From Candidatus Dormiibacterota bacterium (GTDB lineage: Bacteria > Chloroflexota > Dormibacteria > Aeolococcales > Aeolococcaceae): 64,000 nucleotides of DNA. The notes beneath the pieces were generated by a model. It had not been told where the DNA came from and did no database searches. It saw only the letters and a program-made list of their open reading frames with translations. Shown here one piece after another: positions 1-10,783 of this stretch; positions within the stretch are counted from its first letter, which is position 1, and each line of letters opens with the position of its first letter. The DNA is taken from contig OY970355.1 of NCBI GenBank assembly GCA_963718525.1, positions 64,001-128,000 of the forward strand, read 5' to 3'. The position numbers were made by a program, and so were the translations under genes.

Positions 1-477
1 CGCCCCTATTTCATCCAGCCGACGGCCGAAGGGCGGCACATCTACGTGTTCGCGCTGGACTCGGTTTCGCACGAGGTTCGATCCTGGCGGCTCGACCGGA
101 TCCGCTCCGCTCGCCTGCTGCCCACGACGTTCTCGGTCCCGACCGACTTCGACATCGACACGGTGCTCGGGGCCGCGTGGGCGATCTGGCAGGGTCCGGG
201 TGGCGACCGTGTGGTGCTGCGCTTCTCGCCCGAGGCGCGCCAGTGGGTCGATGAGAGCCCATGGCCCGCCCACACGCAGCGCCTCGACCTGCCCGGCGGC
301 GGGATCGAGATTCGACTTGACGTCACGGGCGAGGTCGAGATGCGCCCATGGTTGATGCGCTGGGGAGCCAACGTCGAGGTGCTCGAGCCGGCGTCGCTAC
401 GCCGCCACATCGCGGAGTCGCATGCGGCCGCGGCGGCACTGTACGCGTCGAGTCCAGGCAAACGGGGTAAAACGTGA
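1..477 (+). CDS. WYL/WCX-domain transcriptional regulator (5' partial)
   Basis: Open from base 1 (RPYFIQP...IYVFALD...VRSWRLDRI = WYL core), followed by a WCX-like tail [18 protein letters not shown]. Confidence 0.9.
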   Translation, partial: RPYFIQPTAEGRHIYVFALDSVSHEVRSWRLDRIRSARLLPTTFSVPTDFDIDTVLGAAWAIWQGPGGDRVVLRFSPEARQWVDESPWPAHTQRLDLPGGGIEIRLDVTGEVEMRPWLMRWGANVEVLEPASLRRHIAESHAAAAALYASSPGKRGKT

Positions 478-902
478 GCACCATGGAAGACAAGGTCACC
501 CTCACCGACAAAGTAACCCTCACGGACGACGAGTGGCGTCAGCGCCTGACGCCTGAGCAGTATTCGGTCCTTCGCAAGGCGAGCACCGAGCGCCCCTTCA
601 CCGGGCAGTACGTCCACGTGGACGATAAGGGCGTCTACAAGTGCGCCGGCTGCGGCGCCGAACTGTTCAGCTCGGACACCAAGTTCAACTCCGACACGGG
701 CTGGCCGAGCTTCTTCGCTCCGCTCACTGACTCGGCGGTCCAGGAGCATCGGGACTGGAGCATGGTGATCCCGCGCACGGAGATTCGCTGTGCGAAGTGC
801 GGCGGTCATCTCGGCCACGTCTTCCCGGACGGCCCGGAGCCCACCGGTCAGCGCTACTGCATGAACTCCTGCGCGCTCAAGCTGGAGAAGTCGGCGGGCT
901 GA
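474..902 (+). CDS. msrB: Peptide-methionine (R)-S-oxide reductase
   Basis: [49 protein letters not shown]; GTGA overlap with WYL gene. Confidence 0.97.
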   Translation: MSTMEDKVTLTDKVTLTDDEWRQRLTPEQYSVLRKASTERPFTGQYVHVDDKGVYKCAGCGAELFSSDTKFNSDTGWPSFFAPLTDSAVQEHRDWSMVIPRTEIRCAKCGGHLGHVFPDGPEPTGQRYCMNSCALKLEKSAG

Positions 903-2941
903 TGCCGCCCGGGCCCTCGCCTCGGGCTCGCGCGGTCCTCGAGCAGACCTTCGGATTCGCGGACTTCCGGCCGGGACAGGCCGATGTCGTCGCGGCCACC
1001 GAGTCTCGGCGGGACGTGCTCTTCGTGGCACCGACCGGCTCGGGGAAGAGCATCGCGTACTGGGTGCCGGGGATCGCGGGTGGCGGCCTCACCATCGTGG
1101 TGTCTCCGCTCATCGCGCTGATGGTCGATCAGGTCGCACGGCTGATCGAGCTCGGTGTCCCGGCCGCGTGCCTGCACAGCCAGGTGTCAGCGGCCACCCG
1201 CGCTGAATCGTTGCGCGCGGCCGCAGCCGGCGAGCTGCGCTTCCTCTATCTCGCCCCGGAGCGCCTCGGCGCTCCCGGGTTCCTCGACAACCTCAGGAAC
1301 CTCACGGTCGATCGCTTCGTCGTCGACGAAGCGCACTGCATCTCGAGCTGGGGCCACGACTTCCGTCCCGATTACAGGCGGCTCGGCGACGCCATCGCCG
1401 CCTGCGGCCGGCCACCGGTCGGCGCATTCACCGCAACGGCAACGCCGCGGGTGCGCGACGACATCGCCGCCAGCCTCGGCCTGCAGATGCCAGTCGAGCG
1501 CGTCACCGGGTTCGTGCGCGACAACCTGACCATGTCGGTGGTTCGCTGTCGGGGGGCCGCGGACAAGCGCGACGCACTGCTGAGCCTTGTGCGCCGCGGC
1601 GAGGGCCGTGCGCTGATCTACTGCGGGAGCAGGCGCAGCACCGACGAGGTCACGGACCTGCTCGCCGGCGCAGGGGTCGCGGTGGCCGCCTATCACGGCG
1701 CCGTCGACGGGGATACCCGGCAGGCCGTCCACGAAGGGTTTACCGCCGGCAGGCTCCAGGCGATCGTCGCCACGTCCGCATTCGGCATGGGGGTTGATTT
1801 CCCGGACATCCGCAGGGTCATCCACCACGATTTCCCCGGGAGCCTCGAGGAGTACTACCAGCAGGCGGGTCGCGCCGGGCGGGATGGCGAACCATCCGAA
1901 TGCATCCTCCTGTACTGCCCCGCCGACCGTCAGCTCCAGGAATTCTTCATCGAGCAGGCCTACCCCGAGCGAGATGCCGTCCGCGCCGTGTATCGCGAGC
2001 TCCTCCGCGAGGGCAGGGATGCCATCGAGGACTGGCAGGCTCGTGGGGTGGCGGTCAACGCGGCTCGCGCCGCGCTCGATCTGCTCCGGCGAACCGAGGT
2101 GGTGCAGCCCGACGGCAGCATTCGACGCCTCACCGGGCCGCCGGTCGACTTCGAGGAGCAGACGCTGCTCAAAGCCAACGCGTACGCGCGCGTGAACCAG
2201 GTCATGGAGTACGCGGCGTCACGTGGCTGCCGGCATGCACGCATCGCGGACTATTTCGGCGAGCAGGGCGTGGCCCGGACGTGCATGGCGTGCGACAACT
2301 GCCTCGACAGCAATCGTGCGTCGTACATCGCAGTCGAGAGTGCCCACGTCACTGCGGCGCTCGGGTGCGTGGCGCGCTTCGACGGTCACCTTGGCGGCGT
2401 TCGCATCGCATCGATCCTGCGTGGTTCCACGGATGCCTGGACGGCTTCGCGCTCGTGGGTCTCGGACCTGCAGTGGTTCGGCGCGCTCCGCGGCTGGGAG
2501 CTGGAAACCATCCGCGGGTTGCTCGAGCGGCTGGTCGAGCTCGACTGCATCACTCGTGGACACGGCGAGAAACCAACCCTTGGCATCACGCTCCGTGGCA
2601 CCGCTGTACTGCGCGGCGAGGAGAAACTCGATGTCGACGTGCGTGCCGCACGGTCGCCGCGCAGAGGCTCCCGAAGTCCGGCAGCCGCGACAGCGGGGGC
2701 GACGATGACGCCCGATGTTGCCGCACGGTTCGAGGCGTTACGGAGCTGGAGGCTGGAGGTGGCTCGACGCACGCAGGTGCCGCCGTACGTCGTCTTTCAC
2801 GACAGGACGCTGGCCGAGATCGCACACCGCCGGCCGTCGTCAGCCGCGTCGCTCGCGGCAATTCCCGGGGTTGGACCGGCCAAGCTCGACCGCTATGGAG
2901 AGTCCCTACTTGCGGTTCTGTGTGACGGTGGTGAGTCCTAG
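902..2941 (+). CDS. recQ: RecQ family ATP-dependent DNA helicase with RQC and HRDC domains
   Basis: PTGSGKS, DEAHCISSWGHDFRPDY, YYQQAGRAGRDG, CDNC Zn site, HRDC PPYVVFHDRTL; ATG 902 overlaps the msrB stop (TGATG). Confidence 0.95.
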   Translation: MPPGPSPRARAVLEQTFGFADFRPGQADVVAATESRRDVLFVAPTGSGKSIAYWVPGIAGGGLTIVVSPLIALMVDQVARLIELGVPAACLHSQVSAATRAESLRAAAAGELRFLYLAPERLGAPGFLDNLRNLTVDRFVVDEAHCISSWGHDFRPDYRRLGDAIAACGRPPVGAFTATATPRVRDDIAASLGLQMPVERVTGFVRDNLTMSVVRCRGAADKRDALLSLVRRGEGRALIYCGSRRSTDEVTDLLAGAGVAVAAYHGAVDGDTRQAVHEGFTAGRLQAIVATSAFGMGVDFPDIRRVIHHDFPGSLEEYYQQAGRAGRDGEPSECILLYCPADRQLQEFFIEQAYPERDAVRAVYRELLREGRDAIEDWQARGVAVNAARAALDLLRRTEVVQPDGSIRRLTGPPVDFEEQTLLKANAYARVNQVMEYAASRGCRHARIADYFGEQGVARTCMACDNCLDSNRASYIAVESAHVTAALGCVARFDGHLGGVRIASILRGSTDAWTASRSWVSDLQWFGALRGWELETIRGLLERLVELDCITRGHGEKPTLGITLRGTAVLRGEEKLDVDVRAARSPRRGSRSPAAATAGATMTPDVAARFEALRSWRLEVARRTQVPPYVVFHDRTLAEIAHRRPSSAASLAAIPGVGPAKLDRYGESLLAVLCDGGES

Positions 2942-2986
2942 GCGGTCGCTACCCGATAGATCAGCAGGACGAGCTTCACCGCATCC

Positions 2987-3469
2987 TCAGCGTACGGCCT
3001 TTTTCACAAGCGCCGTGATCTTTGCCTCTTCGGTGGCAGTCAATTTGGTGAGCGCGTACTGAATCGGCCACATCGCGCCGTCATCGATCTTCGCCTTGTC
3101 GCTGAAGCCGACCGTCTGATATCTGACCTTGAACTTTCCGGCGTTCTGGAAGTAGCAGATGACACTGCCGTCCTTGGTGTAGGCGGGCATTCCGTACCAG
3201 GTTTTCGGTGCCAGGTTCGGCGCCGCGGCCGTGATCAGCGCATGAACCTTTTTTGCGATGGCCCGATCCGGCTCCTGCATCCTGGCGATCGCCGCGAGCA
3301 AGTCGGTTTCGCCATCCGCCCTGGCCGCCTCCGCCTTCAGCTCCCGGACGCGCTCGCGCGCCGCGGCCTTCTCTTCAGGACTGAATCCTTTTGACGCTGT
3401 AGCGTTCGCGGTTGTGCGCTTTGCGGGTTTCTGCGTGCCTTTGGTCGTCGTTTTGGTTGGCGCCATCAA
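2987..3469 (-). CDS. DUF1801 (YdhG-like) protein
   Basis: PKTWYGMPAY...CYFQNAGKFKVRYQTVGF...GAMWP; GAGGAG RBS. Confidence 0.85.
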   Translation of the reverse strand: MMAPTKTTTKGTQKPAKRTTANATASKGFSPEEKAAARERVRELKAEAARADGETDLLAAIARMQEPDRAIAKKVHALITAAAPNLAPKTWYGMPAYTKDGSVICYFQNAGKFKVRYQTVGFSDKAKIDDGAMWPIQYALTKLTATEEAKITALVKKAVR

Positions 3470-3583
3470 TCGCGCTCCTCTCCATGGTTTGACGAGAACA
3501 CCTTGAGTGTATGGACCCGGACGAGCATGCGCTCGACATCCACCTCACGCGCATCCATCATGAGCAATTGCCCCAGTAGCGGG

Positions 3584-4090
3584 TCAGGAAATAGGGTCGG
3601 CGACCTCGTTGAGGGACGGAATGTTGCATGTAGCAGCGATTCCCCGCCGCGAGAAATACTTCTGGTGGTAGTCCTCGGCGTCCCAGAACCGTGCCGCCGG
3701 CACAATCTCGGTGACGATCGGGCGCCGGTAGCGCCCCAACTCGTCCATCCGCTTCTTCGACGCGACCGCGGCAGCCTCCTGCTCCGGTGAGTGGAAGAAG
3801 ATCACCGACCGGTAGTTGTCACCGACGTCGGGTCCCTGGCGGTTCAACTGCGTGGGGTCGTGATTCATCCAGAAGATGTCCAGCAACGTGTCGTAGCTGA
3901 CACGTGCGGGGTCGAACGTCACCTCGACCGCCTCCGCGTGCCCGGTGCGATGCGAGCACACCGCCTCATACGAGGGCGCCTGCGTGAAGCCGCCCGTGTA
4001 GCCGACCTTGGTCCGGGTGACGCCGTCGACCTGTTCGAACACCGATTCCACGCCCCAGAAGCATCCCGCACCGAATGTCGCAGTTTCCAT
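3584..4090 (-). CDS. msrA: Peptide-methionine (S)-S-oxide reductase
   Basis: GAGCFWGVE, TGHAEAV, HDPTQLNRQGPDVG, AEDYHQKY. Confidence 0.97.
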   Translation of the reverse strand: METATFGAGCFWGVESVFEQVDGVTRTKVGYTGGFTQAPSYEAVCSHRTGHAEAVEVTFDPARVSYDTLLDIFWMNHDPTQLNRQGPDVGDNYRSVIFFHSPEQEAAAVASKKRMDELGRYRRPIVTEIVPAARFWDAEDYHQKYFSRRGIAATCNIPSLNEVADPIS

Positions 4091-4123
4091 GGTGCGAGTA
4101 TGCCTCGATCCCACCTCAGCCAA

Positions 4124-5404
4124 TCACGAGGCCGAGAGCGCCAGCTTGACCTGCCCGGTCGCATACACCGGCGGCCAGACCACGACGCTCTGACGAGGCG
4201 CCTGCCATTGCCACACCACCGCAGCCGCCCTGGTGTTCTGCCCGAGCTGGCCGGGGGCGGTCGAGAAGAGCACGCCGCCGCCGTTGGGGAGGCTGCCGCT
4301 CGGCAGATCGAGCGCACGCGCCGCAGCGGCGATGCTCTGCGCGCCTCCGTCTCCCGCACGTTCGAGGACGTCGGCAAAGAGCACCCAGGCTGCGCTGAAG
4401 CCGGCGATTCCCTCCTCGTCGGGCGCCGCCTGTCCGGTGTGCTGCTTCCAGAGCGCCGCGAATCGGTTGTAGAGCGCCCTCGCCTGAGGATCGAGGGCGC
4501 CCGGGTTGAAGTTTCCCTGGGGACGATCAGAGGCGAACACCCCGACCGCGGCCGAGCCGAGGACGTTGCCGAAGTCCTGGTCGCACTGCGCCATGGTCGT
4601 CCCCATGAACACCTTCACCTGCAGTCCCGCAGCGAGGAATGCCCGGCGAAACGCGATGCCGTCCTGGATGTGCGACGACAGCACGAGAATGTCAGGCTTC
4701 TCAGCCGCGAGCGCCCGCATCACCGGCGCCCAGTCGGGCGTGTAGGGGTTGTAGACGAACTCACCGGCGATGCTCAGCCCTCCGGCCTGGAGCGCGCTGC
4801 GCGTGGCGTCGGCAACCGAGTGGCCGTACTCGTCATCCGCCGTGACGAAGGAGACGCGAATCTTGTCGATGGGGACGCCCATCCGCGGCACCAGCTCGTC
4901 GAGCATGAACGTCCCGGAGTTGGCACCGAGCTCGGCACCGTTGACTCCGACGCGGAAGATCAGGGGCGATCCCTGTCCGGTCACCCGGTCGGCGACAGCG
5001 CCCGTCTCCCAGTACACCAGGCCGGCGCCCGATACCGCGGCCGCGGCCGGGATCGACAGCTGCGACGAGTATGCGCCAATCACGACAGGAACTCCGTCGT
5101 TGCGCAGGCTCGCAACGGCAGCGGGAATCTGCGCCTGGTCCTCGACGTCACGCACGTCGAGCGAGATCGGGCGGCCGGCGATGCCACCCGCTGCGTTGAC
5201 CATCGCCGCCGCGAGTGAGGCCCCGAGGTACTCGTCGGTCGAGCCGGGCGCCGTGCTGCCGGACAGCGGGAAGATCGCCCCGATGCGCAGCGGAACGGGC
5301 CCCGCCGCTGCCACCGCCGCACACGCCGCGGCGAGCAGGGCGAGGATCAGAGCACCGACCAAGCCGAACGAACGGGTGCGTGCAGCGCGGGGCTCCCCTG
5401 GCAC
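4124..5404 (-). CDS. ABC transporter substrate-binding protein (LivJ-like lipoprotein)
   Basis: Signal/lipobox LLAAAC, LRIGAIFPLSG, VVIGAYSSQLS, DDEYG. Confidence 0.85.
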   Translation of the reverse strand: MPGEPRAARTRSFGLVGALILALLAAACAAVAAAGPVPLRIGAIFPLSGSTAPGSTDEYLGASLAAAMVNAAGGIAGRPISLDVRDVEDQAQIPAAVASLRNDGVPVVIGAYSSQLSIPAAAAVSGAGLVYWETGAVADRVTGQGSPLIFRVGVNGAELGANSGTFMLDELVPRMGVPIDKIRVSFVTADDEYGHSVADATRSALQAGGLSIAGEFVYNPYTPDWAPVMRALAAEKPDILVLSSHIQDGIAFRRAFLAAGLQVKVFMGTTMAQCDQDFGNVLGSAAVGVFASDRPQGNFNPGALDPQARALYNRFAALWKQHTGQAAPDEEGIAGFSAAWVLFADVLERAGDGGAQSIAAAARALDLPSGSLPNGGGVLFSTAPGQLGQNTRAAAVVWQWQAPRQSVVVWPPVYATGQVKLALSAS

Positions 5405-5464
5405 CGGCCGATCTTAGCCCGCGACGCCGCGTCGCGGCGTCCAGCAGGTGGCCGGGTGCCCGGG

Positions 5465-6235
5465 CTATCCGGTCGTGTCCCCCATCAGGGTGACCAGTTC
5501 GTCGTGGAGCAACCCGTTGGTCGTGATCACGTTGCCCGAATCGATGCGGACGGCGCCGTCGAAGTCGCTGAATCGCCCGCCGGCCTCCACCATGATCACC
5601 TGGGTCGCGGCGACGTCCCATGGGTTCACCCACGCCTCCACGGCCACGTCGATGACTCCTTCCGCGACCAGCATGTGGGACCAGAAATCACCGAATGCGC
5701 GGACCACACGGGCGCGCTCGAGCACCGTGCGGAAGCCGCGCTCGCCACGCCGCGTCGCGAAGTCACGCACGTCGGTGCACGACACGTACGCGTCCTCCAG
5801 GGTCGAGGTTCGCGAGACGTGGATGCGCTGCCCCGAGCCCATGTACGCACCCTGACCGGTGGCCGCCCACCAGCGGCGCCCCAATGCAGGCGCCGAGACC
5901 ACGCCACACACCGCGCGGTCGCCGCGCATGAGCGCGATCAACGTTGCCCAGACGGGGACGCCATTGGCGTAGTTCACCGTCCCGTCGATGGGATCGATGA
6001 TCCACCGCCACTCCGCGTGACCTTCTCCGCCGAATTCCTCGCCCACGATCTCCTGACCCGGGCGTAGTCGCCCCAGCGCGTCGCGGAGCGCCTGCTCGGT
6101 GGTGCGGTCCGCGTCGGTCACCGGCGTGCTGTCCGGTTTCGTGTCGACGCGCAGGTCAGGGGCGCGGAAGCGCGCCGACGTGATCGCATCGGCGATGTCG
6201 GCGAGTTCCAGCGCGACCTCGAGGTGGGATGACAT
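5465..6235 (-). CDS. hisN: Histidinol-phosphatase (inositol monophosphatase family)
   Basis: KPDSTPVTDADR, GEEFG, WIIDPIDGTVNY, GDFWSHMLVAEG, NPWDVAA. Confidence 0.88.
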   Translation of the reverse strand: MSSHLEVALELADIADAITSARFRAPDLRVDTKPDSTPVTDADRTTEQALRDALGRLRPGQEIVGEEFGGEGHAEWRWIIDPIDGTVNYANGVPVWATLIALMRGDRAVCGVVSAPALGRRWWAATGQGAYMGSGQRIHVSRTSTLEDAYVSCTDVRDFATRRGERGFRTVLERARVVRAFGDFWSHMLVAEGVIDVAVEAWVNPWDVAATQVIMVEAGGRFSDFDGAVRIDSGNVITTNGLLHDELVTLMGDTTG

Positions 6236-6300
6236 CCGAGCGCATAGTGTCGCGATCCGCGCCGGCCCGTGCTCGACCGCCGCGCCAATACCATGCGTGG

Positions 6301-6999
6301 ATGGCCGGCACCACGACATCCTTCGCGATCCCCGCCAGCACGGTTGCGATGCTCCGCGATGTCGAAGGTGGGGTCGAGGTCTGCATGCTCCGCCGTCCGG
6401 CTCGAAGCAGCTTCGCCGCTGGCGCCTTCGTCTTTCCGGGTGGTGCGGTCGACGCTGCCGACGGTGCGGACGATCAGGCCTACGCGGTCGCCGGTGTCCG
6501 CGAAGTGCTCGAGGAGGTCGGCATCCTCATCGGTGGACCCGCACCGGGTTCCGCATCGGGCGACCTCGCCGCGCGGATCAGCGCCGCTCGCTCGAAGCTG
6601 CTCGCGGGCGGGAGCCTCAACGATGTCCTGCGCGAGAACGACCTGGTGATCGCCACCGATCAGCTCATCTACATCGGGCACTTCATCACGCCACCGAGTG
6701 AAGGCCGCCGCTACGACGCGCGTTTCTTCGCGCTTGCGGCGACAGGCGATCAGGTCGTCCGGGTGCATGCGGCGGAGGCGGTCGAGGGTGGCTGGCACCG
6801 TCCCGAATCGATGCTCCGCCTCGAATACCCGGCGCTGATGCCCCCGACCCGAATGCTGTGTCACGAGTTCGCTCGCCTGGGGTCGGTCGACGCGATCCTG
6901 GGGACGCTTGGCGCGCACCCGATCGAGGTGACCGACATCACCCCGAAGGTCGTCGAACGATGGATGGGCCTCCACCGCGAGCAGGGGGCTTCCTCTTGA
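6301..6999 (+). CDS. NUDIX hydrolase (Nudt19-like)
   Basis: FVFPGGAVD...AGVREVLEEVG Nudix box; ITPPSEGRRYDARFF. Confidence 0.88.
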   Translation: MAGTTTSFAIPASTVAMLRDVEGGVEVCMLRRPARSSFAAGAFVFPGGAVDAADGADDQAYAVAGVREVLEEVGILIGGPAPGSASGDLAARISAARSKLLAGGSLNDVLRENDLVIATDQLIYIGHFITPPSEGRRYDARFFALAATGDQVVRVHAAEAVEGGWHRPESMLRLEYPALMPPTRMLCHEFARLGSVDAILGTLGAHPIEVTDITPKVVERWMGLHREQGASS

Positions 7000-7808
7000 A
7001 GGCACCCACCCGGGTCCTCGCGCCCAACCCGTCGGTGTTCACCGGTCGGGGCACGAACACATACCTCGCGGGCGACGAGTCGCTCGTGTGCATCGACCCG
7101 GGACCTGATGATGACCGGCACCTGGCCGCCATCATCGCGGCCGCCGTCGAGCGGCCGGGCCGGATCACCGCGATCGCGCTGACGCATTCACACCCGGACC
7201 ACCGCCCCCTGGCCATGCGCCTCGCAGCAGAGACCGGCGCCCCGGTGTACTGCTTCGATCCGTCTGCTGGAGAGGAGAACGCCACCAAGGTGGTCGACGG
7301 CGAGGTGCTTCGGCAAGGTGACCTCGAGCTGATCGCAGTGCACACGCCCGGACACACTCGCGACCACCTCTGCTTCTTCGACCCGCACGCACGCGCGCTC
7401 TACTCCGGCGACCACATCCTCAACGGCACCACGTCCGTCGTCCACCCCGGCGACGGCGACATGTCGGACTACATCGATTCGCTGCGGCGCGTGCAGGCAC
7501 TCCAACCGCTGACCATCCTCCCCGGCCATGGCGAGCGTGTCGACGACGCCCGTGCGCTGATCGACGAGTACATCGCCCACCGGCTCGAGCGTGAGGCACA
7601 GGTGATCGCCGCCGCCCGGGGACGGACCGCATTCACGCCGATGGACCTCGTGCCCGCGTTGTATGTGGGCTACCCGGTTGAGGTGTACCCGCTCGCGGCG
7701 TGGACGGTCCAGGCGCACCTGGACAAGCTGGTACGCGACGGCCTGATCGATCGCCTCGACGACGGGGCAGCCACCGAAACGCCTCGATACCTCGCAACCC
7801 CGGCGTGA
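6996..7808 (+). CDS. MBL-fold metallo-hydrolase (LACTB2-like)
   Basis: APNPSVFTGRGTNTY, THSHPDH, TPGHTRDH, GDH, PGHG; TTG start overlapping NUDIX stop. Confidence 0.9.
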   Translation: MKAPTRVLAPNPSVFTGRGTNTYLAGDESLVCIDPGPDDDRHLAAIIAAAVERPGRITAIALTHSHPDHRPLAMRLAAETGAPVYCFDPSAGEENATKVVDGEVLRQGDLELIAVHTPGHTRDHLCFFDPHARALYSGDHILNGTTSVVHPGDGDMSDYIDSLRRVQALQPLTILPGHGERVDDARALIDEYIAHRLEREAQVIAAARGRTAFTPMDLVPALYVGYPVEVYPLAAWTVQAHLDKLVRDGLIDRLDDGAATETPRYLATPA

Positions 7809-7811
7809 CGG

Positions 7812-8984
7812 TCAGCGCCGCCGAACCTTTCCCAGGGCAGTGCGATCGAGCTGATCGACGATGATCAGTTCACGCGGGAGCTTGTGCCGAGCGATCGTCT
7901 CGGCAGCGTGCTCGCGCAGGGACTCGAGCGTCGGCGGGTCGGAGCGGCGCCGGGGCACCACCCGCACCACGACTCGCTGTCCCCACTCCCGGTCGGGGCT
8001 CCCCGATACAAGCACAGACGCCACGGCGGGGTGGCTCGAGAGGACGGACTCGACCTCCGCCGGCCAGATCTTCTCGCCCCCACTCACGATCACGTCGGCC
8101 AGCCGTCCGTGGACGCGCACCGTTCCATCGCTTCCAACCTCGCCCGCGTCGCCGGTGCGCAGCCAGCCGCCGGGCTCAAACGCGGCAACCGAAGCGGCTT
8201 CATCGAGCCGATAGCCGCGCATCAGCGTCGGTCCGCGAATGAGCAGCTCGCCCCAGCGCGCGGCGCGTACCTCCACCCCGGCAAGCGGCCTGCCGGCGTA
8301 GACGACACCGCCGCACGTCTCGGTCATGCCATAGGTCGCCACGACCCTCACTCCGGCGTCAGCCGCCCTGGTGACGAGGTCCGCATCCATGCCGGAGCCG
8401 CCGACCAGGATCGCCCGGAAGCGCCCGAGATCGGCGCGGGCATCGAGCAGGCGCATGAGCTGAGTCGGGACCAGCGAGGTGAATCGGACGTCGCCAAGCC
8501 GGGTGACGACGGATCGGGTGAGGCGCCGGCGGAACGTGATCGGCGCGCCGAGCAACAGATGACGCTCGGGCACGAGGAGGCCTCCGATGTGCGCAAGGGG
8601 CAGGCAGGAGAGCCACCGGTCCTCGGGGCGCGCATCGATCGCAGCCGCCGACGCTGCGACCGCGGCCTCCAGGGCAAGCGCCGGAAGCTCGGCAAGCCGT
8701 GGCTGCCCCGACGTTCCCGACGTGGCGATCACCACGGCGACGTCGGGGTCGATCGCAATGCCGTCGAGACGGCGAACTCCGTTCTCGTCGGCGATCACGG
8801 TGGGCTGGGAGATGTCGACGAGCGCGGCGCGCTCTGGACCGGACGATCGGAGATCGATCGGAAGAATCGCCGCTCCCACCCGGCGGGCGTGGCGGAGGAC
8901 CGGCAGCCACCCGGCGCCCGGCTTGAGCGCCACGGCCGCAAGGTCGCCTGCACGTAGCGCGCGACGAAGATCGGAAGCGGTCAT
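7812..8984 (-). CDS. menE: O-succinylbenzoate-CoA ligase
   Basis: [33 protein letters not shown]; adjacent to men genes. Confidence 0.88.
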   Translation of the reverse strand: MTASDLRRALRAGDLAAVALKPGAGWLPVLRHARRVGAAILPIDLRSSGPERAALVDISQPTVIADENGVRRLDGIAIDPDVAVVIATSGTSGQPRLAELPALALEAAVAASAAAIDARPEDRWLSCLPLAHIGGLLVPERHLLLGAPITFRRRLTRSVVTRLGDVRFTSLVPTQLMRLLDARADLGRFRAILVGGSGMDADLVTRAADAGVRVVATYGMTETCGGVVYAGRPLAGVEVRAARWGELLIRGPTLMRGYRLDEAASVAAFEPGGWLRTGDAGEVGSDGTVRVHGRLADVIVSGGEKIWPAEVESVLSSHPAVASVLVSGSPDREWGQRVVVRVVPRRRSDPPTLESLREHAAETIARHKLPRELIIVDQLDRTALGKVRRR

Positions 8985-9061
8985 CCGCCGAGCGTAGCGC
9001 GACGCCCGTCCCGACCCTGGCGGGCTACCATCGAGAGCGATCGATTCGAGTTCATCGTGAG

Positions 9062-9887
9062 GTGCATGTCATCGTGGAGTGGGTCGCGGCCGGCGAGTGG
9101 GAGGACATTCGCTACGACACCGCGGGCGGCATCGCCAAGCTCACCATCAATCGCCCCGAGGTGCGCAATGCATTCCGGCCCACGACGCTGTTCGAGCTGA
9201 ACTCGGGCCTTCGAGATGGCCCGCGACGACCCGGCGATCGGGGTCATCGTGCTCACCGGCGAGGGAACCAAGGCGTTCTGCTCGGGGGGCGACCAGCGCG
9301 TTCGCGGCGACGACGGCTACCGTGATCCCGCGGGCGTCGGCCGGCTCAACGTGCTCGATCTACAGGTGCAGATCCGGCGCCTGCCCAAGCCGGTCATCGC
9401 CATGGTGGCCGGCTACGCGATCGGCGGCGGCCATGTCCTCCACCTGGTTTGCGACCTCACCGTCGCCGCCGACAACGCGCGCTTCGGCCAGACCGGGCCC
9501 AAGGTCGGCTCGTTCGACGCCGGGTACGGGGCCGGGCTTCTCGCCCGAACCATCGGGCTCAAGCGTGCCAAGGAGATCTGGTTCCTCTGCGAGCAGTACG
9601 ACGCCGCCACCGCCGAGCGCTGGGGACTGGTCAATCGGGTCGTGCCCCTGGACAGGCTCGAGGAGGAGACGGTCGCGATGTGCAACCGCATCCTCGAGAT
9701 GAGCCCGCTCGCGCTCCGCCTGCTGAAGGCCGGCTTCAACGCCGACACCGACGGACTTGCCGGGGTGCAGCAGCTCGCCGGCGACGCCACCCTGCTCTTC
9801 TACATGAGCGAGGAGGCCCAGGAAGGTCGCGACGCCTACGTCGAGAAGCGCAAGCCGGACTTCGCGAAGTTTCCCCACAGGCCGTGA
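9062..9887 (+). CDS. menB: 1,4-dihydroxy-2-naphthoyl-CoA synthase (apparent +1 frameshift at ~9200, likely sequencing error)
   Basis: [12 protein letters not shown] in one frame; [20 protein letters not shown] in the next. Confidence 0.93.
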
Positions 9888-10783
9888 TCGCCGAGGCGGC
9901 GCCCAGGCCGGGTCCGCTCGCCGTCTGGTGGATCGGCGCGAGACCGCGAACCCTGGTGGCGGCGATCGTGCCCGCGCTCGTCGGGGCGTCGTGGGCAGGA
10001 CGGAACGCGATCTCGATCCCGCGCTCGTTGCTGGCACTTGTCGTGGCCGTCGCGCTGCAGATCGGCGTGAACTACGCGAACGACTACTTCGACGGAGTCG
10101 GCGGTGTCGATACCGCTGCACGCATGGGGCCGCGCCGCATGGTCGCGTCGGGACTCGCGCCCCCTCGTGCCGTTGCGGCGGCGGCGATCGTGATGGTGAG
10201 CATCGCCGCTGTTGCGGGCATCGTCCTCGCCGTGCTCACCACGCCGTGGTTGATCGCCGCAGGTGCTCTGTCGGTGCTCGCGCTGGTGCTGTACTCGGGG
10301 GGCCCGAGGCCGTATGCGGCAAGCGGTCTGGGCGAGGTCGCCGTCTTCGTGTTCTTTGGGCTCGTCGCAACCTGCGGCACGGCATTCGTTCAGCAGGTTC
10401 GGCTTGATGCGAGCGTGCTCTGGCTCGCGGTCCCGGTCGGGTTGCTGGCGTGCGCGCTCCTCATGGTCAACAACCTGCGCGACATTCCGACCGATACCGC
10501 GGTCGGCAAGCGCACGCTCGCGGTTCGCGTCGGGGCGGAACGAAGCCGGAGCCTGCTCATCGCCACCGTGCTCACCGCGCTCGTGCTCCCGTCGGTCGGT
10601 GCACTGGTGCGTGAGCTCCCGTGGACCGTCGCGGTGACATTGGTGATCCTCCCACTCGCGGTGGGGCCACTCCGGGTGATCCGCACCGCCGAGGGTCGCG
10701 CGCTCGTGCCCGCGCTCATCGGCATCACACGGCTCCAGCTGATCTTCGGTGTCGTGCTCGCCGGGGCGCTGCTCGCATCGTGA
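9884..10783 (+). CDS. menA: 1,4-dihydroxy-2-naphthoate prenyltransferase
   Basis: [32 protein letters not shown]. Confidence 0.93.
   Translation: MIAEAAPRPGPLAVWWIGARPRTLVAAIVPALVGASWAGRNAISIPRSLLALVVAVALQIGVNYANDYFDGVGGVDTAARMGPRRMVASGLAPPRAVAAAAIVMVSIAAVAGIVLAVLTTPWLIAAGALSVLALVLYSGGPRPYAASGLGEVAVFVFFGLVATCGTAFVQQVRLDASVLWLAVPVGLLACALLMVNNLRDIPTDTAVGKRTLAVRVGAERSRSLLIATVLTALVLPSVGALVRELPWTVAVTLVILPLAVGPLRVIRTAEGRALVPALIGITRLQLIFGVVLAGALLAS

Noticed and set aside
1-2941. WYL plus helicase as an anti-phage defence island
   Set aside because: The helicase is a canonical RecQ; no nucleases or other defence genes nearby
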